Below, in pieces: positions 1-13,196 of a stretch of 64,000 bases of DNA. This stretch comes from Paragordius varius. Lineage: Eukaryota; Animalia; Nematomorpha. The notes below the pieces were generated by a model. It was not told the origin of the DNA. It searched no databases and saw only the letters and a program-made list of their open reading frames with translations. The stretch is taken from the NCBI GenBank assembly GCA_964247055.1, contig OZ176052.1:9300001-9364000 (forward strand), given 5' to 3'. A program made the position numbers and the translations under genes. Within the stretch, counting starts at the first letter, position 1. The number at the start of each line of letters is the position of its first letter.

Positions 1-752
1 TAAGGACTATAGGTTTATAAATTTTTAAAATTTTGCATATATATTACCAATTTCAGATATTGTTTTCCTAAATAAAAAATGGATTATTTTAATTAATTTT
101 TCTAAGTTAAATGTTTTAAAATATATACTATGTTTCAGTGAATTTTCTGTTATCGCATTTAGAGTCTTGTCCTATAATTTTTGCCGGTAATGTTAGAGCA
201 TGGATTATACACCCGCAATTTATATTTTTGTGGGCGGTTTCTAGGGGAGCGTTAGTTAAACATTGCCATCTGCAAATATATTTTTACCGGGTTTGGATTG
301 AGATTTGGGCACATAATTTCTTGTCACCCAGTGGTTGTTTTGTATGGTCCGATTGGAGTTATAATTCATATTGTAGCATTACACCCTTTTAGTAAATGTG
401 ACCAAATGTTGGTTAAAAAAGAAATTTTAAGGCTTATTGATCAAAACTAATTTTTATCGCAAAGATTAGCATATATTTAAAATTTTATCACAAAAGGTGC
501 GTTAATTTATGACAGGAGGAGTGTAATTTAATATATATTTTCAAAAAGATCTTGATTTTTTTTAAATATAACACATTGTTTTAATCTACAAAGTATAATA
601 CAGAAATGTAAATTTGTAATACAATCAATCATTATATTTACAATATTAATAAATAGTTTATATAGTATAAATTAAGGTTTAAAAAAGTATGGTGGTCTTT
701 TGAAAAAAAATTTTCTTTAAATTTTTATATTTTGTCCGTATAATATGAATTA

Positions 753-1817
753 CAGTATGAATTTTAATGTTGTTAAGTAATTTTATTGCCTGACGAATAA
801 CATAAATGGTTTATGAAATGCGTAAAATACTGACCCACAAAATTATTTCGTAGTACACATATGAAAGAGGATTGACGTGAGAATTAACATAGGCTTAAAT
901 TTGATGGATATTTTGTAATGTTAAATTTTGGAAATATTATAGCAAATTATGTTAACATTTGAAATATTGTTGTTAAATAAAAAAACAAAAAAAAAATTTT
1001 TACTATTATTAAAACCGAAATTTTCACTTGTTTTAAAATGTCCAAAATATGTAGTAATTAATTACAATTAACAATGTTAAATAAAAAAACAAAAAAATTA
1101 ACTTTTAACTAAATTTATTAAAAACCGCAATTTTTACCTGTAATTATTAAAATGTCCAAAATATGTAGTAATTAATTAAAATTAACAATGCAAAACCTAA
1201 AAACAAAAAAAATTAAATTGTTACTAAATTTATTAAATCCGCAATCTTTGCCTGTAAAAATGTCCAAAATATGTAGTAATTAATTACAATTAACAATGTT
1301 TAATAAAAAACAAAAATAGTTAAATTTGACTATGAATACTTAAAAATTGACAATGAAAAACATAAAAAACAAAAACAATCTAAAATCTACTTTAATTTTC
1401 ACCAATATATATTTCCCTGTATTTTTAATTAGTGATAACAACTTTATAAAATAATAATACCAATTTTGATTAATACAGGTATTTATCATCTTGCAAAATA
1501 TTAATTATTAAATTTAATTAGGAATGATTAACATAAATAATCTTAAAATACCTATTTTACTATTTATTAAAGAAAACCCACAAAATTCCGCATCTAAATA
1601 CGTAACAACAATATTACAAATGTTAACATAAATTGCTATAATATTCTCAAAATTTAACATTACAAAATATCCATCAAATTAAAGCCTATGCTCACGTTAA
1701 TCCTTTCATATGTGTTTTACGAAATAATTTTGTGGGTCAGTATTTTACGCATTGGATAAACCATTTATGTTATTCGACTGGCAAAAAATTACTTAACATA
1801 CATTAAAATGCATACTG
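753..1817. mobile_element. Foldback-like / long-TIR non-autonomous DNA element, copy 1
   Basis: About 225-bp imperfect inverted repeats (753-~975 vs ~1597-1817), ends CAGTATG..TTTAATG / CATTAAAATGCATACTG, left flank TA. Interior has 3-4 tandem ~110-bp units (aaaatgtccaaaatatgtagtaattaatta at ~1036, ~1149, ~1257). A second copy starts at ~62385. Confidence 0.8.
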
Positions 1818-2479
1818 TGTTACGGTAAAAATTTTATTCTGTAATTCAAATTTGATTGTACCATTACATATTACATACTTCCAACTTTAAATTTAAAACT
1901 AAGCGCCTAATATAATATTAGCAATACTCTCTGAATTTTTGGCCATTCGGCACTTCTATAAAAAGTAATAGTCATAAGTCGAGAGTATTTATAATACATA
2001 TCTTCGTATATATATAGGTGTCCGCTGAAAAGAGTTTTTCGCCCTTAATTTTCTATTTTTAGACCTGAGAAGCAGTTTGACCAGCGATTTTTATGGTGCA
2101 ATAATATTTTAAAGTTAAATAAATATTTTTTTAGATGCCATACTTGATTTAGCACTCATTATATACCTTTGTACTTATACATTTTCCCATTATATTTTTA
2201 TAATTTGTTTAATTTATTATGCTACACTATATTTCCTTCACTATACATTTGGCAATTTATAATAAATTGTTTGATTTATAATTGTTTATCTGGGTTTTAT
2301 TATTATGATAATAATTTTGTAAACCATTTAATCAAAAGTCAGGAACCGAAAATTGAACCGGTTCTCAATGTAAAGACCGGTTCCGTTTCTAAAAATGGCA
2401 CAAATCACACCACTTAATAACTATCCATTATTTAACTCTTTTGCCGCAAAGTGAAAATTAGGTTTATAAAAATTTAATA

Positions 2480-3310
2480 ATTTAGGTAGTGTCGTAAAAC
2501 TTTACTCCTAGTCTTAGAAGAAACCGGACAAAATTTATATCATGATTTTTGGAATAATGCAATCAAAACATTAGATAATAAAAATATTGTTATGACATAA
2601 AGTCCAAATAGTTTTGTGGGGGGGGTTTATAAACTTACTTTAATAGAACCCGATTTCGCTTATTTCATTTTGTTTTATTTTACAATATTCATTTGCATCT
2701 GTGTTTTATTATTATTTTTCGTTTTGTGCACGTTTCAGCGTACGACCGGAGCTATTTAAAATTTGAATCTCTAAATATGTATTCTAAATATTGGGCGAAA
2801 TTTAAAAAAAATTAGCATTTTGGACGCATGATTCAAAAATATTTTTTCAAAAAATATAAAACTGATAAAAATCCTCATCTTATTACAAAAGGTAATTAAA
2901 TGTTAATTAACCATGCCATAATATTAAAAGCTTTATCAATCAAAAATTTAGATTTTTGATAAATCTTTTTTACTCCACATTTTATTAATAATATAAAACA
3001 AAACAGAAATGAGTATAATTTATAATAAATAAGTGCCAATTTTTTTATAAAACTTTGAAATTTGCCGGCCGCATTTAAACAGGCCACAAACGTGATGAAA
3101 AATTTAGCGTTTAAGCAATGACTAATGTTTAAACTATTTTGGTTGTGGACATAAAAAATTAATTAATTAAAATAATACATTATTTTGCGAATATCCATAT
3201 CGGTTTTAAAATCTAAAAATACAATTTGATTGTTTGTACAACATGATGATTTGCATCATTTAAAATCATCCACAAAATAGGCGTTACTATAGAGTTTTTG
3301 ACCACCCTTA
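2480..3310. mobile_element. Degenerate terminal-inverted-repeat element remnant
   Basis: Weak inverted similarity of ~2480-2610 to ~3130-3310 (tatgacataaagtccaaatagttt vs reverse complement of aaactattttggttgtggacata). The interior near 2790-2900 resembles, inverted, the repeat at 57774-57910 and 62056-62210. Confidence 0.35.
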
Positions 3311-6283
3311 AAACCTATTTACCTACTCCAATTAACTCAATATATGTGGTCTACTGTCTTGGTTTTTATTGGCTATTTTTAATGAATTTTGGGTAGGGTG
3401 GGTGGGTGAATGATTTATCAAAGACAACTATAGGTAATATTTCGCGACATATTTAAATCTTTAGTCAACCAACCTGTTCTTCAATACAAAATATCATTAG
3501 TAATTTGATATTCTACCAATACCTTATAATAATAAGCTTAAAACGGATATAAATGAGGTTATATAAACAAACATTACGCTGAAACTTAGTATTATATGAG
3601 TAGTAAAGGCCGGTCGATTGATAATATGTATAAATATAAATAGTCAGTGTGTATATATTGTTTGATACAAATATTTTTATGGTATAATTATTTTACAGAG
3701 TATATCAAACTTTTTTTGTCAAACACAATCGCAACTACACTTTAATTATAAAATTTGGCCTAATCATCATAAAAGCATATATTTACAAATTTTAACCTCA
3801 TTTGTTGGTATATAAAGGTGGCCAGTAGAATCATTTTTCATTGTCTCCTATATTAACAATATTTCTAAAATTACCTGATCTGCCACAAAGATGTTTGGAG
3901 TATTAGACGTTTATTGGGATCTACTCTACTAATTTGATTCCAATTTAATAAAGTATGTTGATTTTTAATATATATATATATATATCTTGTGTTCATAATG
4001 AAGTCATCAGTTTCAAGATTTTAAAAATTTGGCAAATGTTTTTAACACAATTTATTCCTTTTATTTACTGCCATGTGAATAAGTTTTAAACCGAACATTC
4101 TATATAATGAACCGGTTCGAAATAGGGAATGGCTCAAATAACTTAAACATCTTATGGCTTAAACTTTATGACTACAAATTAAGCCAATTTTTTTTCCCTA
4201 TTGACCTAACAACATAAAGTTAGGACAAAAATAGGGTTTCCATATTATTTTCTGACGGTTTTTTCACATGGCTCTCTCTCGCATGGGCTAATTTGAATCT
4301 TCTCAATGGTTCACTAAAATATTTAAACCTTTTTTTTAATTTTAGGGATTTTGTTTCACCAATATAACATTCCTTACCTATTTCACTTTTATTTTATCAT
4401 TTATTAGATGTTTGGGAAAATTTGAATTAACATCAACAATGTGATTATTTTTGTATCATCCAAAGTTATTTCCTAACCTACCATGATCTCAATTAACAAC
4501 TCCCTATAAAAATGTAAAGCCATCATTTTTAAATTTTATACACGTGTAACCAATTGTAAAACCTATGTTACTAATTAAATAAATATTGCAATTTTTTTTA
4601 TTTTAGGGTTTCCGTGCTAAAAATACCGTTTTAAATTTTAATTACATGATACAAGGTGTTGTAATATTTATATATGTTAATTAACGCGCCTCAATACAAA
4701 TAGTCCTCTGAGGTAATTGATAGTTATATCATTTAAGCAAAATAAAAACGAACTGTTATCCAATATATACATTTAATTTAGAATATGGAAGCTAATGATA
4801 AAAAATTAGTGAAAATTATTGAGATTTTGTTTTATTTCTTCGATAATATGGAAAAATTCACAAATATTATAGTATCTAAAATCTTCGAAGGTAATCTCAA
4901 ACGAAAATTTGGTATTTGGCGCGTAGAAGCTTTTATGATATAGTAAACAGTTTTTAAGTAACAGTAAAAAGTAAGCTTGGAATTAAATACCGAATGAAAG
5001 TATGTTTACAAAGATTATAATATTAGCTTAAATATGGCAAAATTACAACATTAATATTGTTGAAGATAGAAAAGATAATGTATGTTGGTACGACTTCACG
5101 ATAATAATTTTTCTTATTCGCATATTCAAACAATCTAAAATTAAAATAGATTAGGGGCAGCGTTGAAATAATTAACCTACAAAATACTAATGTAACCAAA
5201 CACTATTTGAAAGAAAAAAAGTCTTTAAAATCCATTATTAAAAAGTTGATTAGAATTCTACGTTTTAGCATTAAAGCCGTTTTCACTGATTTTTTGTTTT
5301 AATAGGGGACAAACTTTTTGAGCGGGGAAAAAATCGCACAATAAAGTTTTTGTGCATTTCACGCCGACCAAATATTGGTGACTAAATATCTAAATTTTAC
5401 AATTAAATTTTTTTACTAAATTATATTTGGTGTTCCGCACAAAGAGTTTCCCATTTAGAAGCAAGCCTTCAACGAGCGAGTCGCCTTTTATTATTATATA
5501 TGCTTAATATTATATAAGTTAATAATGATACTTTTAACAAAAATATTAAAGCGTAGAAATATGAATATTTTTTTCATTCAATTGAGTTGTTATTAAAATA
5601 ATTATTGTTACATGAAAATTGATTATTTCCATAACTGTATATATAGTAAAAGGTGAAATTTAATAGAGAAAAATACTAAAATACAAATATTTTTTTGCAA
5701 AAAAACAACCAATTAGTTGAAACGGCATATCAGAGGAATAAACGATAATAATTGTGAATTGACAATAATATAATTAATCATATATGATGTAAAGTCATGT
5801 TTATACCCTTTAAAAAAATTAAACACAGATTGGAATTATAGCTAGATTATATTATTTAGCATATCATTTAAAACCCTATACTAAAAAAATTTAGCTTTAA
5901 TTACTTATACTTAATATAATTTATATTCAATTGTTTTTAATCCTACAAAGGTGGATTATCTAAAAGCCCACCTTATTCAAAATACCAAGAATTTTGGTAA
6001 TTATATCTTTTGCTTGTTAATAGCATTTTCTCTGGTACAAATATTGATTGGCAAAAATGCTCAGCGCGTAATTTATCCATAACTCTGTAGGATTAAGTGA
6101 TTTTGCGACATGTTATTAATAAATATTGTTGCGTAAGATCTCAAATTAATTTTTTGATAAGAGTTTATAAACTAATTTTGCTATAAATTTATTATTTTAA
6201 TATACATTTTTTTCTACTAATTTCAATAATAATATAACAGAAATATAATAATCTCTATTTTTGTATCCAATATAATCTCTTAA

Positions 6284-6803
6284 CACATCGAATCAAATTG
6301 AGATATCTAGGGACCCCAGATTATATTTAAATTGATAAAAAAATACTGAAAGAAACGATTCCAATTTAATATTCTATCCTAATAAAAATTATGTAAAAAA
6401 GCCAAAATTTACTTTCATATCAAACTACTTAGACGCCATTTTTATTTTAAAATATTTTTGCAAAATATCATGTTTATTTCATTCCAACGTTAAAACTAAA
6501 GCTAATATTTTATTTAAATCACATCTAACATTGATTATAACAGATAAATTGTTTTTTTTGCATTTAATATTTAGCTAATGCACATATGTCATATTAACTA
6601 ATTTTTTATAAGGTTTATCCATAAAATAAGTACTATCAAGTATTTTAAATGAATTTTTTATAGGTGCATCAATGTTAATGAGTGCAAACTTTTGTAATGG
6701 TTTTATTTGTTCCATATTTTTAGAAATATTTGATTTAAAACAGGTATGGGGTTCCCAAAGATTCCAATTTGAATTGGAGGACTGAAAGGAATGTGTTGTA
6801 TCC

Positions 6804-6805
<2 letters not shown>
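6284..6805 (+). mobile_element. TTAA-flanked piggyBac-like MITE family, diverged copy
   Basis: Starts TTAA|CACATCGAATCAAATTG and is collinear with the copies at 53552-54132 and 57213-57759 (shared cacatctaacattgat, catatgtcat, cagg..tggggt, gaaggactgaaa..gtgttgtatcca). The right end runs into a (TA)n tract. Confidence 0.75.

Positions 6806-6842
<37 letters not shown>
6806..6842. repeat. (TA)n microsatellite
   Basis: About 18 TA units seen directly. Similar tracts at ~3968-3985, ~35655-35679 and ~61465-61491. Confidence 0.95.
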
Positions 6843-6845
<3 letters not shown>

Positions 6846-7438
6846 AAAACGTTTCAGCTAGGATGGTCTTTTTTAATTTCCAATTTTAATTAATAAATAA
6901 TTGATAATTATCAATTATATATACTTTTATATATATAAATGCTTAATAAACAGGCCTAATATCGCGATTTTACTTTAACTTGAAAAGAAAAGTTTTAAAT
7001 AAATTTTATAATAAATAGTTATTTTGTGAATTTTTACATGCATCAGAACTTGTTTATATAAATATTTATTTAATAAACCATTTCGTATGTAATCATAGAT
7101 TAGTTATTTTCAAAAATTAAATCCGGTTAAAATCAAATATTTGATAACATCACATGATTAGATAATATAATATTCAGGTACACTTACTATAAAACTAAAA
7201 TACATCGGACGAAATACATTAATATCAAGTTGACCATGAAATCCAGAATATTTCTAATGTCCTCTCTAGTACATGCAAAATTTATTTTTCAAAGTTAACA
7301 ATGTATGCATGTATGATGTATGTCATATTCACATTTATTATTTGCAAATATCGACCTTAAATATAAACATTTTGTACAAAAATATATATTGTATTTACAT
7401 ATACCAAGGTGAAAAACACAACATAGCTACCAGTTCAA

Positions 7439-10400
7439 TCAGTCTTTATGCACATCTACAAGACTATAGCTAATTTTCAACCCTTCTGAGGGGAAGTTTA
7501 TTCCGTTTTTCTTGAATTTAGTGTTAACAGAATTAAGCTCTCGATGTATATCACATTCGGCTGGTGTAAACTTGATCCCTGACATTAACATTATAGCTAA
7601 ACCGACTTTTATTTCAAGCAAGGCGAATCTGAGCCCAATACAATTTCGTGGGCCTGCCCCAAAGGGCATATATTTGTAATCGTTGTCTAATCTAAAGTTT
7701 AAATATATATTCATTATAACCGTCAATTTATTTGAAATTTATGAAAACAGTTTGAAAAAATTTACTGTGTTTTTAGGTTCTTAAAACGTTCCGGATTAAA
7801 TTGGTCTGGGTTTTCCCATAAGCCTGGATCTTTGTGTAACGCCAAAATGGGGATAATAACTGGAGTTCCTTTTTTAATTAATAAATTATTGGTGCCAGGA
7901 ATTACATAATCTTGAGAGGCGGTCCTGTCGAAAAATACAATTGGTGGATACAACCGTAAAACTTCTCTAACTACCATGTCCATATATCGTAAACTACTAA
8001 CAGCATCATAGCTAAACCCTAAGTTATCTTCATCGCTTTCTAAAACAAAAATAAAAATGTTAAGTAATTAGTTTTTCTTTGATAAAGTATAATTTTTAAT
8101 TTTTAAGTAAATGTAATATTTTTTAAATTTTAAGAGAGAACAAAAGATAAAATAATTCTCATAACCTTCTGGCTCACAATAAATTTCTCGATGACATCCT
8201 AATTCGATTATAACTTCATTCCGTAATTTCTCTTGCACATCGGGGTACCAAGCCAACGTTCTCGTTATCCAACTCAAAGCATTAGCTGTCGATTCATAAC
8301 CAGCTATGAAAAACAGGAGGGCATTAGACACATATTCTTCCGTCGATAGACCTACAAATTCGGATTCTTTATTAATCGACCCATGGGTTTCTGTTAAGCC
8401 ATTGTTTTTATGCGCAAACACACTGTGAGACATAATATAAAATAACAAATTTATGATTTAAATGAAAAACAATAATTTTCTCCATAGCTTCCGAGCCATT
8501 TTATAAATATATTGTATTCCAAAATCAATTTTAATTCTTAAGGGCTTGCTTGCATTATAAAAAATTATTGAGGATTAAATTAACAAATTTTAAGTACCCC
8601 GAATCATCAGAACTATTTTTGTCATCTTGATCTTCATGCATTGTGAACTCGTCGGTAACAGTTAATGTCTGTGAGATTTTTCCCGCATTGCCTTTCTTAT
8701 CATATTGATCCAAAAATGCTTTGTTTGAATCAATCAATGTTTGAAGGTAATCATTTCTTAACCATATTGAATCAAATTAATAATAAACTATAAATTAAAA
8801 TTGTATGCCTATGTTTTATCCCAATTTAACATTTTTAGACTCATACCCATATATGAATCGATCTAATTTTATTTTAGGCAGCAAATAGTTACTTTGCAAA
8901 AAATTTGTATTATCACAATAATTAGCCAAAATTGCCATATCTGCACACATTAGGTTCATCAAATAATATATTCTGTAAATATATATTATAAATTATTTTT
9001 CAAAATTAAAACCGTCTTGAATTTCATGATCAACTCATATAAGGGAAATTTATTAGACTTTAGAATTGAGTAAAAAATCCGTTGTTACCAGAAAGAAATC
9101 TAACGTCTTAATTATATGATTAAAATTTTTAAACGCTTTATCTTTTATACACCGAAATTATGCAACATTTTGTTGAGGAGCATTTTATGGTCTAATGCAC
9201 TTCGCGGATTGTATTAAACACATGAGAATGTAATACTTTTTGTATATTTCAATGTAAGATATCAGGAACCTTAGCATATTTAAAAAAATATTTCCCAATC
9301 AAATTAAAGGCAAAATAATAGGCAGCAAATAGTTACTTTGCAAAAAATTTGTATTATCACAATAATTAGCCAAAATTGCCATATCTGCACACATTAGGTT
9401 CATCAAATAATATATTCTGTAAATATATATTATAAATTATTTTTCAAAATTAAAACCGTCTTGAATTTCATGATCAACTCATATAAGGGAAATTTATTAG
9501 ACCCTAGAATTGAGTAAAAAATCCGTTGTTACCAGAAAGAAATCTAACGTCTTAATTATATGATTAAAATTTTTAAACGCTTTATCTTTTATACACCGAA
9601 ATTATGCAACATTTTGTTGAGGAGCATTTTATGGTCTAATGCACTTCGCGGATTGTATTAAACACATGAGAATGTAATACTTTTTGTATATTTCAATGTA
9701 AGATATCAGGAACCTTAGCATATTTAAAAAAATATTTCCCAATCAAATTAAAGGCAAAATAATATAATATTGGCCAATACACCTGTAAAACCATAAGATA
9801 ATATTATCCTTATTATTACATTATTATATATTAAGAATTATATTTTATAGCCTTTTAACCTTCTAAAGCAGAGTATCGACAAACCTATTTAAAATTTATA
9901 TGATTCCTTTACAATAAATCTAATAAGGATTGCGACCGGAAAGGTCTTTTGTTTAGGTCCCAAGCAGGTCTTTAAGTCAAAAATAATTGTGATATATTTT
10001 CTGTAAATCTAATTATGTCTAATTTTAATAAAATTAACTATAATAAATTATCTTAAGGTTTTATTTATAATCAAAATAATTTTAAAAATCTTTTTGGCTC
10101 CCAAACTCTAAAAGTGTGTGTGCCAGTTTCATTAAAAAGTACCGATTCCTTAAAAACATAACATTTATACTAAACTAAGCAATCATAAGTGGTTGATTCA
10201 AAAGAACAATACATTATGCATTTAAATGGTTGCTTTTTCACACTATAGTTGGGCAATTGGCAACACATTAGTGTGTGGAAAAAACAACAAAATGTTGAAT
10301 AAACAATTTTTTCCTTTCTTTTTTCCATACACTATGTTGCAAATTGCCAAACTCGTGTGAGAAAAGCAACCATTAAAATGCATACTGTAATTTATTATTT

Positions 10401-12429
10401 CATATTATACTTGTGATAAATACACCTTTATTTCAACATATACCTCACAATATTTAATTGTTGCCGTTTGGAAACGGTTTCCTCCACAATATGTGCAAAA
10501 AATTCCATTGATTCTTCATCAATAATGGATACATTCCATAATTTCAGTAAGGGTGCAAGAAAGGGGAATAATCCAACAACAGCAAATATTGGGGAATCGA
10601 CTTCAAAGTTAAAAACTCTTTTAGCATGCCTTAAATGAAAAAAAAGCATTATTAATATATTGGTGTTTCCCTACCTGATTGATTTACATTTATGTTAGAT
10701 GTATAGATAAAATTTCATGTGGTTGATTATTTTTAAACGCGGTCACTGCCACAGTCATGTGTCTTTATTACCGGCCACAAGGCATAGTATAAGATATTAT
10801 ATATAAATATATAAGGATTGTAAACTAAAACCACAACGGTTCCAGATATAAAAGAACCAATTAAATTATTCTATTAAGAGTTTAAATACTGATGTTAGAA
10901 TACAAACACAATTGATTTTTTTCCATTAATAAAACCAAAAGAAATGCATTTTCATGTAAAAATAAGAATTGTGTCCTAAGGCATTTGTTTTTATAGTTAA
11001 ATAAACATAATTGTGTAAAATATTAATGGTTTTTGCCTAATTTTATATCATAATATAAATTATTTATTTTGATATTAGGGCTATGAAATAAATTTAAATA
11101 TATATTAATATATATAGTAACAGAACTTTTGTGTATATTGGACCGTATAAAAAAGTTTCACAAAAAGTAATTTTTTAATTTCTGATATTTTGTCACAAAG
11201 TGAGCATCGGAATGCAAATTTTTTATTTTAAATGAAATTGGATACGGTAAAAAGCGCATGGCTTGGATGTTTTTTCCGCTGCCGCATTTTTAGATCAAAA
11301 ATTTCGGCGAGCCGTGTTCTAAATATATATGGGCATCATATATAATTTATTGGATTTCAAACATAAAACTGCAGAATGAAAGTTGTAACAATTTTTTCTC
11401 GTTCTTGTTATTTGAATAGCCATATTTAGAAGAAAGTGTCCAAGAATTATCAACTTTAATAAAATTTTATGAGCATGTTTTTGCAAATTATGGATTATAA
11501 TTTTTTGCGGGCCGCAATCAAACTCTGAGAGGACCCCATGCGGCCCACGAGTTGACCACGCCTGTTTTAGATATATTCGTTTGATTTAATATCCTAATAT
11601 ATATTGATTTTTAAATTTACTTGATAGGAATAGAAAATTTATAGGGAATAAATGTTCAAATGTTATAATAATTTTGGCAGACGAATAGAGCAATGGGTAA
11701 AAAAAGAAAAAAAATCAAAAAATTCGAAAACGATCAAGCAAATAATTCATAAAATAAATTTAAAACCAAATTACATAAAATATGTGAGCAAGAGGTTTTG
11801 TATTTATATTACTTCGCAAAAGCACTGTCATGTTCTTCAAACGAATTTATATCAAGACCAAACGCCGTTGATGATATGACATCCATTGTAAAACACCCAA
11901 ATAAATCTTTGGTATCGCATGTAACTTCCATTCTATCAACCAATCTACTTTTCATATGATTTAACATTTGCTGGGCACATTTATAAATTAAGGGATACAT
12001 ATTAGTTTTCATTTTATAGGTGGTGAAAGTGGGTATTATCGTTCGTCTAGCCCATCTCCATTCGTCATCCGTGGTTGTGAAAACAGATTTGGCAAAATAT
12101 TTGCTACTTAATGGAAATATTCTTCGATTAGGAAATCTGGAAAAACTTTTGATCAATATATCTTTGAGAATAAGGGGATCACTTATTACGATTGCTAATG
12201 ATTGCCCTTCTGCCACAGCATATACCCGCCCTAACTTCCTTAGTGCGTCCAGAAAAGTTTTTTGAAAACCCCAAATATAAATCCATAAAACCGTCCCAAA
12301 AAATGGAATGCAAATGGGATGTTTAAATCCTGACTTGTGCAATCTCCAAATAGGACGTGTCCCATAATATATTAGCCATATGAATATTGCGGTTAAAATA
12401 CATTTTATGTATAAACCAAAGTTGTCCAT
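7439..12429 (-). CDS. Cytochrome P450, CYP3 clan (CYP3A/CYP5-like), 6 exons, ~581 aa
   Basis: Exons 12429-11813, 10629-10444, 8756-8598, 8422-8166, 8039-7766, 7691-7439, all GT-AG and phase-compatible (1746 nt). N-terminal membrane anchor, C-helix WRWAR, I-helix [11 protein letters not shown]-helix EVLR, PERF, heme motif [10 protein letters not shown]. Confidence 0.93.
8875..9764. repeat. 444-bp near-perfect direct tandem duplication in CYP intron 2
   Basis: 8875-9320 is repeated at 9319-9764. The only difference I saw is gacTTtag vs gacCCtag. Confidence 0.95.
10212..10387. mobile_element. ~180-bp TA-flanked MITE (Tc1/mariner-like ends) in CYP intron 2
   Basis: TIR ta|cattatgcatttaaatggttgctttttcacac ... 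gtgtgagaaaagcaaccattaaaatgcatactg|ta. A homologous copy lies at ~43596-43772. The terminal motif is shared with the element at 753-1817. Confidence 0.8.
11250..11564. mobile_element. hAT-Charlie-like MITE fragment in CYP intron 1
   Basis: Right end gcggcccacgagttgaccacgcctg is typical of Charlie-type TIRs. The interior (tttgcaaattatggatt..tttttgcgggccgc) is similar, inverted, to ~54800-54870. Left end not found. Confidence 0.55.
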
Positions 12430-13196
12430 TAAATACGAAATCGAATGAATGGGTTACTATTAATATTAAAAGAAAATATATTTAGGTAAAATAATAAAAT
12501 TATTATTAGTGAAAAAAGAAAAAAGGGAATGAATGATTAAGCAATAATAATTGCCAACCACCCCCTTATAGTATGTTTATAATAAAATATGTTACTCTAC
12601 CTACATAGTATATAAATTATATCAAACTAATTTATAATCATTATAAGGTACTTTTATATTTATTATAAAAATTTCCGGTTTCGCGGATTAACACTATTTA
12701 ATATATATATATACATCTTTAATGATTGTCTCAAATTAAATTTTAAAATTCTTGTTTTTTACAAATCAAAAAATGTGATAAATATTGATTGCATCTTGTG
12801 TGTATATTTGGCTCAAGGACAATTGGCTAATTTTCAATTCACTAATTTATTAAAAACTTATATCACAAAGAAAAAACATTTATAAGCCTATGAACTCATT
12901 TTAAGTGAGGTATTATTACTATAACTACCTAACCTTTTTTACTCTAGTTTAATACAAAAATATTATATTTATTGTCATAAATTAAAGGTTTATCAAAATA
13001 TTAGAGATAGAAATATAAGATCACGCGACCACTTGTAGATGATAATGATTGTATAAAACTATAAAATTATTAATATTTTGAACCAGTTCCAACATCAATT
13101 CAGTACAACTATATTATTTCATCTTAGAATCACACAAATTTATAAAAAACGATTCATAAAAATATTTTATCACATTTTCCCCCCCAAAAAACAATT
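12430..13196. promoter_or_regulatory. Putative shared bidirectional promoter of the two CYP genes
   Basis: 767 bp between divergent ATGs at 12429 (-) and 13197 (+). Positional inference only. Confidence 0.55.

Noticed and set aside
138-392. 84-aa GTG-start ORF
   Set aside because: No recognisable motif or convincing splice support; a small exon of a gene upstream of the window cannot be excluded.
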